In this document: in pieces, positions 27,200 to 39,200 of the stretch
Numbering within the stretch: the first letter of the stretch is position 1
How the letters are laid out: each line of letters begins with the position of its first letter
Assembly: GCA_012295275.1 (NCBI GenBank)
Contig: CM022665.1
Location: forward strand, 12,958,001-13,022,000
Direction: 5' to 3'
From: Chrysomallon squamiferum
Taxonomy: Eukaryota > Animalia > Mollusca
DNA: 64,000 nucleotides
Translations under genes and position numbers: made by a program
The notes under the pieces: model-generated
What the model was told of the DNA's origin: nothing
The model's input: only the letters and a program-made list of their open reading frames with translations
Databases searched by the model: none

Positions 27200-28435
27200 T
27201 AAACAGAAAATACCATATATATATATATATACATAAATATAAATATAAATATTGAGTGTATACATAAATATAAATATATATATGTATATTTATATTTATG
27301 TATACACTCAACTCTAAAAAAAGCAAAAGATACGCTTCTTTCATTTTCGTTTGTTCTTTTTTTTTTTTTTTTTTTTTTGTTTTTTTTTTGCGGGGGGGGT
27401 TCTAAAATTATTTGTTCAGTATCTACAAGATTAACAGGGTAATTAATTTTTACAGAATTCCCCATTTTTTTAAATTTTATTTATTGCTTTTATACATTTG
27501 TAAAACTTTGTTTTGTTTTATTGTTTTGTTTTATCATATTGTTTAAATAAATAACCTTTTCATCCAGATGTTTATGTCTGTTATTGTGAATGTGCTTGAA
27601 TGAATAAAAAAGATTAAACAAAAAAAAAAGAGAGAGAGAAAGACGAAACAGACTGTGTCGGAGAGCGACGAAAGGAAGGAAAGGAGGAAAAAATAAGAAA
27701 AAGGAGCTGAAAGTTTCTATGAAAAAGAAAGTATTGGAACGAGGAAAAGAGAAAGAGAGAGAGACAAATAGAAAGACAAAAACTAGAGAGAGAGCGAGAA
27801 AAAAAAAAAAAAAATATATAGTCTTTTGGGACACAGCTGTATTTAGTTCGGTAAATTAGTTGTTATTTAGAAAATATATTTTTCGAAGTTACCTTTTTCA
27901 GTTTTTAACTGCTGGTTTAGATCTTAAAAGGCCTTTCATTCAAAAAATAACAACTAAATTGTTATTTAAGAACTATTTTGTTTTGGTTTGTGGCGAAAAC
28001 GAAATTATTACGCGTGAATCTGCTACAGTTGATTTCATTTAATTGTTGCATTATTTAGGATTGGAGGATAAAGGAAAAAGCTGGTTATTCAGTTAAGGTG
28101 TCAGGTTTATCCTGGCCCACTTCAGCGAGGCTATTTGTGAACTCACTTCCCCCGACAGTACTCTGGCTTTCATTTGTCACTATACCACAAAACAAAATAA
28201 ACAACTACGAATTATTATTTTGTGAATGAAAGTATCTTCAAAATGGTCTTTTAAAATCTAAATCAGTAATTAAACGGTAAAAATAAAAATAAAACTATCT
28301 TTGAATAATATATATGTATATTTAAATAACAAGTAATTTGTCAAAGAAAGTACAGTTCCATCCCCAAAAGATATGTTCTTGGTCAGCTGGATAGAGGGCG
28401 AATGAAAATTTAAGAACGAAAGAATGATAATAATG
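27200..28435 (+). repeat. Tandem segmental duplication, copy B
   Basis: Aligns to copy A; 28041-28231 is identical to 25558-25748. Confidence 0.92.
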
Positions 28436-28603
28436 TGGAAGTATAATTTGGATATGAATAAAGAAATATTTTATAAAATAGTAGTCAAGTTTCAGTTTTG
28501 CTTGATATATTTCACTTACTTTAGAGTGTGATATTAGAGAAAAAAGATAAATAAAGAGGTAATGATAGAGTTATATATGAAGATGGACAAAAGTACAGAG
28601 AAT

Positions 28604-28717
<114 letters not shown>

Positions 28718-28940
28718 TAAAAGTGCGTAGGCAATTTAGTGAATGGCCTAAGCCATGTGTTTTAATTGGTTGCATTTATTACATACGATACATAAATTAC
28801 TTTGTTTTTAGCGAGTTTTAGTTACTGTCAAATGTCACTAATTAAACTAACAATCTTGCAATTGTATTCATGCATAATTACAGCCTTGTGGGAAAGAAAC
28901 AGCATTTTAGTAACCCGCGTAAGCAATGGAGTTCAGGTTC

Positions 28941-28977
<37 letters not shown>

Positions 28978-29741
28978 GTGCAGTAATAAAACGAAAACTG
29001 AAGGACGAATAAAACATTTGAAGAATTTTCTTATGTGGTCATATTAACACACACACACACACACACAAATCCAAACTAATATTAATGATGACAGCAATTA
29101 CAACAATAAAATTAAAAATAGAAATAATTTTTATAATAATAATAATAATAACACCGGCCACTGTACTTGTGAAATAGGTGATAAAGATGACAGTTACTGA
29201 GCAAATCGGGACATGATTTATAATTTTCTTCAAATAAATAAACCAGACCAATAGTTGTATATTTTAAATCACTGCCTGAATTGATAATGCATCATTACCA
29301 TCATATTCATGTTTGTCATTCAGTATTACATTTGTTGTTTCGACTCCCTTGCACTTATGACATAATCTTTTCAGTGTTTTGCTCGATTATTTTGGAAATT
29401 AATTTTGCTAACGAATTAATCGAGTTCTAAAAATATTTACATGAATTGTTAAAAAATATATATAATATTAATAAAATATGCAAATATGAGAGAGAATTTG
29501 CAGTCAACCAAACAACCAGACATTTAACAAAAACTTAATGATAAAATAAAAAATACATAAGAAAAATAAGTAAATAAGCAAGGAAAAATAAATAAATAAA
29601 TAAATACATAAATAAATAAAAGAACAAACAAGCAGTAAGAATATAAAGAAAAAAAAAAAAAAAAAAAAAAAGAACAAAAAAATATACAACAATAATAAAA
29701 TATTAAAATAAATAAATAAATATTACTAAAAAAAAAACACA

Positions 29742-29790
<49 letters not shown>

Positions 29791-30037
29791 CCTGAACTAC
29801 ATACCAAAAAAGTTTGATTACTCGAAAAGCGTATTTCTTTTGATGTAACTATATGGTCCCGTAATTATTAACAATCAAGATTTCTCAGCGTGAATAAACT
29901 TGGGAGGCAATTTTGACTTAACTACTTTGTGCACTAATAAGGCAATCAGTGACTACTAGTTAAACTATGAAATGTTAATAGCAAGCAAATTGCTCGGGGA
30001 TTGGCGAACATTTGGGTAATTATACTGAGAATACTTT

Positions 30038-30045
30038 TATAAAAG
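30038..30045 (+). promoter_or_regulatory. TATA box of the secreted Kazal-like gene
   Basis: TATAAAAG about 90 nt upstream of the ATG at 30130 (context CAAAAATG), with an Inr-like CATT about 30 nt downstream of the TATA. Confidence 0.6.
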
Positions 30046-30129
30046 TCTGAAAGGAACATTGGATATGCATTAGACCTGCAGTGAAATTCAAAGATCGCTC
30101 GAACGAAAACTACAACAAATCCAGCAAAA

Positions 30130-31477
30130 ATGAAGGTTCTTCTGTCTCTATGCTTAGCAGCAATCGGTAAGTTTTTCAGTTTTTTTTTTTTTTTTTGTAT
30201 TATTTTATTTATTTTATTATTATATCTTTTATATTTCACAAAATACTACAAGGGTTTTTATAATGTAAGGTTGTGGTATGTGATGTTCTGGCTAAAGGAT
30301 TGTATGTGTAAAATTTCCTTTCTGATAATGAAATTTATATATATATATATATATAAAAGTAGGTGGTTAGATCTCAAGATTTAAGTCAGAATGCAGAAAA
30401 TTAATTAATACGTTCTAGCGCTGACGCTAAATAGAAACAAATTATAACTTAAGTACTGCTTAGAAGATTTAGTAATTTAATAATAAATAAAAAAGAAATT
30501 ATTTTCCGAATAAATATTCGCTCATGCTTGTAATATAATTCATTATTGCATAACTAATCAAAATTGCCATTTTCTTATTATTATTGCTACAACTATTATT
30601 ATTATTTACGTAAATTAAAAATTAAGCTTCAATATATTTTGTCATAATTTCAATTTATAACAGTGAGTAGTAATGATATTTGATAACAGTTGTTTAAAAA
30701 CATTTAGAGATACAGTTGAACATTTATTCATCAGTTAATTTAGTAACAAAAAATGAATATAAACTTAAAATATATTTCCACTGTCCTCAACCCAGTGCTG
30801 TATATAAACTTTATAACAACTAATGTATTACTTAAGTTATTAATACTGGATTATACTTTAGAGAGAAATGCTTCAGTCTTTAGTGAATCAAATGAAATCC
30901 AAATAATGGTTTTCTAATTCTTTGTTATATAGATAGATTAGCAAACAATTACCCCCCCCCCCAAAAAAAAAAAAAAAAACCCCACCAAAAAACTGTTGAA
31001 TACATTTTTAAATATTCAGTAATTTTATCTCTAAACGTCAAGCCTAAATTAGCCGCTGTTTTATAAACCATCGAGTTTCATATCGTGGAACATCAGCTGG
31101 ATTGGGAAATAACCTGAAGCACAACACATATATAAAATAATAATAATAATAATAACAAAAACGACAATAACAATAAAATCACTCCTGGATGTATTATAAT
31201 ACGTTAAATAATAACAAAATGTCAATTTCATTTTTTATTTTTTTGTTCCCCTTTATTTTATAAGTTATTGCGATCGTGTACGGAGCAACATGCCCACCAC
31301 CCGATAAGATGGACGAGTTCAGATGTTATCCATACAAACACGACGCAGTCTGCATGAGCGATCATACATACATATGTGGAAACTGCTTCGCCGAGGAAAA
31401 AGAATGCAGGTATGGTACAAGCTGTTATATCTACCTATAAATGTTTACATTCAAATAACCCTAACATTTCTTTTTTG

Positions 31478-31542
<65 letters not shown>

Positions 31543-31974
31543 AAGATAATACTGATTTTTTCCCTTTAATACAATAATAATAGTAACTCAAATAAATTAT
31601 CCAAGACACATTACAACAATGTTATACGATGTTCAAAAGTGATTCTAAGTTACTTTTATTTATTTTTCCGAGTTGAGAACCCTTTTGACGACGATGATGG
31701 TAATATAAGGTTATTGTTACAACTGTAATAAAACATTTGATATTGATTTGCACAGACTACTCATTATCTATAATATTTATATTTTTGGCGCTTATAAATG
31801 AATTTTCATTGACTATTTCATCTTTTTAGAACGAACCATGCTGTGAAAGCCATTCTCAACGAAGGCGAAGCTTCCAGAATTTGCACTGGTGCTAAACCTT
31901 TGTGCTTGGACACTGAAAAGAAACATCTGGCCAAATACATGCCCAGAAGGACAGCAAGTGGACAATGGATTTAA
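30130..31974 (+). CDS. Secreted 108-aa Kazal-like protein with 8 cysteines in the mature chain
   Basis: Exons 30130-30166, 31265-31409, 31830-31974 (GT-AG, in phase): MKVLLSLCLAAIVIAIVYG-ATCPPPDKMDEFRCYPYKHDAVCMSDHTYICGNCFAEEKECRTNHAVKAILNEGEASRICTGAKPLCLDTEKKHLAKYMPRRTASGQWI*. Signal peptide, Kazal-like VC.SD.TY motif, AATAAA at 32071 and 32082. Confidence 0.85.
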
Positions 31975-33292
31975 GACGCGTCTCGTGACCCGACTGATGT
32001 TTGACGTTGTTTAAAACTGCGCGAAACTTGCATAAAACGAAACGTTTTTGTTTCACACCATGTTATATTTAATAAATCGTAAATAAAAGTATTAGTTGTT
32101 TTTGAATGTTTTTAGAAAAACTCATTTTAAATCCAGTAATATTTACCCGATCTTACAATACCTGTTCTGTTACAAATGTAAAATATGTTCTTCAGTTCTC
32201 AGTAACAATTTTAAACATGGATTTAACTTGTATTTATTTGAATTAACTAGAGAAACTTTAATCTTAGAAACTGAATATGTTGCATAAAAGGCATAAATAC
32301 ATATTATATTAACACCAAATTTTACACAAATATTCCACAAATAAATTTTATATTAAATGCAAAGTCCTAATGAATGAACTTGAGAAACTACAATCTTAGA
32401 AACGCTACCCATTATATAAAAACTCAAAAGTTTAGACAAATAACAACTGTAAATTTGACAAATATATATCAACTGGCCATAACATTATGTAAAGATTATG
32501 TTTAGATCTTTTGCATGGATATGCATTTTTTGTATCTATGATTAATGTGTGAAAATCAAACATGTTAATAAATCATGTGAATCTATCAGTGTTTATTAGA
32601 AATAAAGAAAATACTCAATAACAGTAATAAAGATAACAACAACAATAATAATAGGCAACATATAAACAAATATATAAACATAAATAACAAAAATCAAAAG
32701 TCGTTTTAATAAGTGGTTTAATTCCATATGCAATAAAAATATATAAATAACGCCACAAATTAAAAATCCTTGTAACAATAAATAAATGTTTTTGTTTCAG
32801 TTTGGTAAAATATTTCTGCCAGTCTTTTGCTCAGTAGTTACTGGCAGGTTGTTTACATGTGTGGCGTGCTAGAACATCTCACGTATATACATGTATTAAA
32901 AGATTCCTAAAATAAGTTTTCAAATTTATGAAACAGGTTTAAAAATATAAAGTAAGCAGTGTCAGAGAACATAATTACGCGCGCGCGCGTACTCACCCAC
33001 ACACACACATCAAACTGTATGAATATATAAATGGGTACAAAATTAAAATAAACAAAAATGTGTTTGATGTAATTTCAAACAGAGAATAAGTTCTTTTGAC
33101 GGAAGAAGAAGAAGAAAAGTTACCATAGGAGCAAAATATACATATACAAATTGTTCTTAAGTTAATATCTTCATTCTTTAATGACCAAATATACAATGTA
33201 ATGTGCTGTTTACACAGTTAGAATTATCTGAATTAAACGATTTATTTACCACTTGAATGCTTGGCTTTCTCCGTTGATGGCGCTATTCTTGG

Positions 33293-36200
33293 TCATCTCC
33301 CTGATCTAAAACGACCAGATGACGCTTTCGACGTAGATGCGACTGGAGAATGAGATCTAATTCCTCTGTATTGTTTACTGTCAAAATCAGACTCCATTAA
33401 TTTGGCACGATCTCCAGATTTTGAAGACTTTTTTCTTTCGTTAACATCCTGAACAGAACGTTCGGCTGAGCGCCGTTTTACTGGTCGAGGACACTTTTCT
33501 CTGTCACATGTTTTCTGCAGAGTCTTGTGGGACTTTTCTTTTTGATCAAAACACTTAGGCGACGGCGTCCTTAGTTCTGTGCGTCTGAAGCAACCTCTGT
33601 TAGAAGACTCGCTTTCAAGTTTATGATCGTTTGAACTGTGCCTTCTTGGAGGTGTGGGACTTCTATTTCTTCTATACGTATCCCCTTCAGAGTTCCTTCT
33701 GCGTCTCGTTTTTTCGTGACCGGAGTTCCACTGCTCTCTTCGCTGATTATTCGGTGGTGTTCTCGAACGAATATATGTGTTTCTTGTTACATTATCATCA
33801 TTTGATTCTCTCCCTACAGCTTTTATTTCTACTCGGTCGTGAGGTGGAGATGACCTAGGTCTATGTTTATCTTTTCTTTGTGGAGATGTTACTGTTCTTT
33901 CTTTGGCGTTAGAAAGAGAATCACTGCGCTGCTTTTGAGGAGAAAGAGCTTTCCTTGGTTTACAATAGGAATGCTTAAACTCTGCCATGGCTTTACTTTT
34001 TCTAAACAGTGGTCCTGTATCATTTCTTTTTCTTTTAGCCGGCTGGTTAGGTGTATCTTGATCTGAACTTGTTCTTTTGTTTATGCTACCAGGATTCTTG
34101 CGTGGTATTTTATATTCCTTTACCGACGTGAACGTCTTACTATTAGAACTAGCTTGATCTGGCTTGATCTGTGTTTCAGTCGCCTGCGTTCGGTATAAAT
34201 CTCTGCTAAGTTTGGTTCCTTTTCTATTTCCTTTTTGCTGCCCCGTACTTGAATCTGAAGCATTTGACATTTTTGACGTTACTGATTTGTTTTCATCTTG
34301 ACATATGCTAAAGTTCGAATCATTGAGTGATTCACTTTCTATTTCACCTTCCTCTAATATCCTACTGTCTTTTAACTTTTCATCTTCGTTAACACAATTG
34401 TCTTTGTCATCGTGGTCAAGCTGCATGTGAGAATCTGCAGAAATGCACGCATAATCAATACGATTTTCACCGCTAGTAAATTTTACATTTTTACTGTTGG
34501 TGACAGGTTTATCTGTTGCATTCTCTGTATAATGCTTAACCAAAGAACGTGAAACATTTTCTTCTGACTCTCGTGTTTCATTAGCAACGTGACTGCCAAC
34601 AGTGCTTGTTTCTGGTTGCAGAGGAGTTTTTGTAACATTGTCTTCATCTGTATGACTTGAACCAAACAATGCACTCATACATTTAACTGCTTTAGAAATC
34701 TCAGAACTTTTCACTGAATGATCTTCATCAGAACAACTTTCACTATCTGATGATGAATTCAAGTCGTCAGAACTTGAAATATCTTGATCAGAGGAATCTG
34801 AGTTGTCTGAAGGTTTGTCACCATTTCCACCTGTCACAGTGGCCTGCTTGCTGATCTCCTTGCCTAAGATCTGCTGGATTTTGGTCTCGCTTATAGTAGG
34901 TTTTTTTATATCACATATAAACTGCTTATTCATACTCTCATCTGGGGTTTGCTTGTTGATCTCTTCACTGGTGCTAGGTTTGTTCATCATCTCACCTACA
35001 TATTGCTTCTTCATCATGTCAGGTGTGGACTGCTTAATCACCATCTCATTTGACACAGCCTGGGTTTCAGTACTGACAGACAAATTGTCAGGGAACAAAG
35101 AATGTTCTGTTTTGTTTACTTTATTACACTCATTGTGAAGGTTAACATTATGACAGCTTGGGAAACAATTCTGCTCAATTTCATCCACATCTGTTCTCTG
35201 AGATTCAGCTGAATCATTTGGAAAACCATGTGTTTTTGAAATTTTACAGTTCTTTTCTCCAGCAGTACAATCAGTTTTATTAACATTGTTATTTAAACTT
35301 CCTTCATTTTCTACAGAAGTCTGACTATGAATATTTTCCTTCAAATTTTTCATTTTAATATATAAACGTGTCCTGGCAGAAGTATTATCAGTTTCTGTGA
35401 TGTCCAGTGGATCAGCATCCTTATTGTTTTCAATTACATTCGTTTCCTGATTGCTATCTTTACATGAATTTAAATTGTTTTCTCTGTCTGAGGAAACAGA
35501 CTGTTGCTGCTCACGAATATCTGAAACAGTTTTTTCACAGTGTGTTGTTTCGTTAGCATTTTGTTCACATTTGGCCAAAGCAAATGGTGGGCAATGTTCA
35601 TCTTTATCCATCTGTTCATATAATTTGTTATCAATACTATGCATATTCGTCAGAGTTTCGTTATATGATGATGCCAATCCTTTTTCTTCAAAACTAGATG
35701 TCTCATCAAACGGGTCTTCGTTGTGTACAGAACTGGAGGAATCAGAATGTGCCAAGTAAATTTGTATAATCTGCTCACTGACACTGGAACTGTCTGATGC
35801 AGCATCACTGAGAAACTGTTCTTGACTGTTGGATGAATTCACTACATCGTTGAACTCAAGATCTGTCAAAGCCATACTTCTATCAACAGTCTTCTTGTGA
35901 TTCAGTTTTATCTCATCAGATGGATAGGCCTCACTGGTGTCTGTGGTACCAAGTTCAGGAATGTTTGTAAATGACTGGTGCTTGAATGAAGAATCATTAC
36001 CTTCAAGTGTTACATGTTCTATTTTGTTTTTGTGATCTGAAAGTGTGTTAGTGCTGTCAGAAGACGGACCATAATCAGGTAAAATGGGCTCAGTTTTGAA
36101 AGCAGCCAATGACAACAGTTTTGGAGGAGTGGATGCCTCACATCTGCACATTTCATTACCAGATATATTTACATTCTTATGATCATTATAATCATTATTT

Positions 36201-39200
36201 TGTTCTTTCACAATTTCTTGGGCACTCTTTTCTTCTCCAGAGACTGCACAATCATATACTTCATAACTTGTGCTTGGCCCAGATGTATAGCTATGAGAAA
36301 CTATGGCACTTTCATTCAAGGTTAAATGAGTTAATCTCTCACTCTGTCCATTGCTTGTAAAATTATTTGGAATAGATACTGGTGTTGATGTGGTCTGTTT
36401 TGTTTTTTGAACTGTTGAGAAACTGTTATTATCTGACATATCCCATGTTGAAGGTTTTGAGTTCCTAAGCTTCTCTAACTTGGGTTTCCAAGATTTTACT
36501 TCTTGAGAAATGTGATCAATTCTGTGAAGCACATAAACTGGTTCTTTTTCTAAAGAAACTTTTTTAAATTTACATTTATTTTTGGATACAGATGTACAAC
36601 CATTTGTAGTAACTTCATTAAAACAAGCATGATGTTCATTATCTATCTTTAGTAATTCTTTATCTAACAACTTGCAGTTTTCTTCTTCTGTACTTTTACC
36701 TAACATCTTATCATCTATGTCACTGCTAGGGTGTGATAATTTGGAATAAACAGCTTCTATGAGATTTTTATCAGGAAAGTCCAACTCTGAATCAACAATA
36801 ATAGATTTTGGAATACTTACAATGACTGATAATGAATTTTCTGTAGCAGAAACATTTTCTATTTCTTTTCTTACAGCATTTTTCTCTGTAACAGTTTCTT
36901 TGTTATTAGCAGAAGACACATGCTCTTTTGTAAGTTTCTCTTCCAACTGTCCATGTCCATCACAAACAGAAGACTGCAATGATATATCATCAGAAACATA
37001 ATTTTTATCATTTTTCTTCTTTGTGGTTAATTTTCTTTTGACTGTTTTATTGTTGTTTTCTTTTAACTTGCTCTTATTATCTGTCTGGATTTTATTTGGA
37101 TTACTTTTTGATATGTTGGAAGCTCTGTCTGTAAGATTTGTAATTTCTGGTAATGTCTTTATGCTTTTTTCAGTATTATTTTCCTGGCATGATTGATTGC
37201 ATATTTCAGTGGTTTTCACAGAATCCTTTGGAGGTGTTGCATTAGCACACAGAACTTTCTTTCTTGCTTGTTTTCCATGAGTAGATGGTAAAGAATAAAG
37301 TTCAACATTATCATCCTTACGATTCAGTGAATCTGAAACAGAACTGTCTACAGCATCATGAAGAATGTCTTCTTTTGGCAAAGTCGGTGGCAAATGATTT
37401 GATTTTTCACAGTGTACAGTATCATTATTACGTTTTGATAGTGACAGTAAAAGAGAAGCCAAGTTGTCAAAACACTTCTCCTCTTCAGAAATTGCCTTTT
37501 GAGAATCATTCTGTTCTTCAACATCACATTTATCATCCTGATGATTAACAGTTTTTCTCTGATCAGTATCACAGACATTGTGACTGGGTGTCTCTGATAA
37601 ATGTCTAAAATCTTTGCCTTTGTCAGTTATAGAATCTTCTCCTTCAGAATGTTGATTGAAGGAAGATATTTCATAACTGTTGACCTCAGAAGATAATATT
37701 TCATCTATTACAATCATGTCACCCAGATTAAACTCGGTCTCATTCACATTTTCATGATTCTCCTCAAACACTGGCTGAGTTTTCATTCGACTTTGTAAGT
37801 ATGACACATCACTGTTAGCAGTATTTGAATCACCAGATCTGTGTCTGCTCTTAGCACAAAAATAAGCTGCTCTTGTGAATTCATTATCTTTTACATCTGA
37901 AAGGTTCTGAGCAATGTTCTGTATACATTTTAGAAATAACCTTCTGTCTGAGTTGCTGCGTTGCCAAATGTGGAGTTTAAAATTAGACTGGGACAGAGGA
38001 GTGTTTTCTTTTGACTTCTCATTTGTAATAACTTCGTACATTCCATACAGACTGCCTTTTGGTTTCTCTCCTTTATCTTCCTCTGCTTCAGACTCTGAGA
38101 GCTTTTCAGCAGAGCATTCTATTTGTTTGGGAGATGAATTTGTTCCAGTTTCTTGTTTTGCTGAAGAATGTTTCTCACTTTCAGTTTGATTTTCTGAGAT
38201 ATTGTCACTGCTTTGTACCTGTCTGCCATCATCTTCAGATATAATGGTATCACTAAAAGACCAAATATATTTATCATTCTCAATCACAGGCTCAGGTAGA
38301 TTTTGCTCAGAGACAGGTTGTGTTTTTACTTGGTTTCCTACACATGATACATCATCAATAGCAGACTCTCCGTTATGCTTATCTTTAGACACTGAAGACA
38401 TTTTCGATTTGCTTGCTACATTTGTTTGAATATTTTCTTTTGGCATTATATCTGAAGAATGCTTTGGGGACCCATGTGGATGTTTCTTTTCACTAGATGA
38501 ACTGTGTTTTTTCCTATGATTTCGAGGAGGAGATTTATCTGTAAAATCAGATTTGTCCTCTGAATTATGATCATGTCTTCTTGACTTGCACTTCTTGTCT
38601 GAATCTTTACTTCTATGTTTGTCTGAATGAAAGTCATTATCTTTTTTTCTCTTGTCATCATCATGTTTTCTACTTTTGTGATTTGTATCTTTATTAGAAT
38701 TCATCTTTTCCTCCCTTTCATTGTTATCAAATTGTTTGTCTGGTTTTCTGGAATCCCTTGGGTTTCTTTTTCTGTTGCCATGATCAGGCGTATATTTGTC
38801 TTTTTTGTTACTGTCCGAATATTTTTCACTTTTATCAGATTGTTTACTCGCTAACTTCTGTCTCAGATCTACGATATCTGATGAAAACCTCCCTTTTTTT
38901 GAACTTCCATGACATTTGTCTGTAACATTTTTATTCAAATACCCTTCAGATGACAGTTTTTGTTTCTTCTCACTTTGGTAAGAATCGCTGTCATATTTTC
39001 TCTTTTTGAACTTTCCATTTCGGCTTGTGTCTGATTCCATCTGTTTATAAGATTCTTTTCTGTAGACATCTGTGGAATAAGATGTAGTGGCTGATGACAA
39101 TTTGCTGTTGAAACCTTTATGTAATTCTTCTGAAGTGGCATTACAGTCAAACTCTGAAGTCTGTGAAGCAGCATCAGTATACTTAAGGTGTGAATTAGCT

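Noticed and set aside
29743-29789. Long poly(A) tracts (also 43808-43853) as retrocopy tails
   Set aside because: No adjacent retrogene body or target-site duplication; homopolymers are common throughout the window.
33293-33295. Selenocysteine or programmed readthrough at the FLASH TGA
   Set aside because: No SECIS seen, context is not CUAG, and readthrough would add only ~18 residues.
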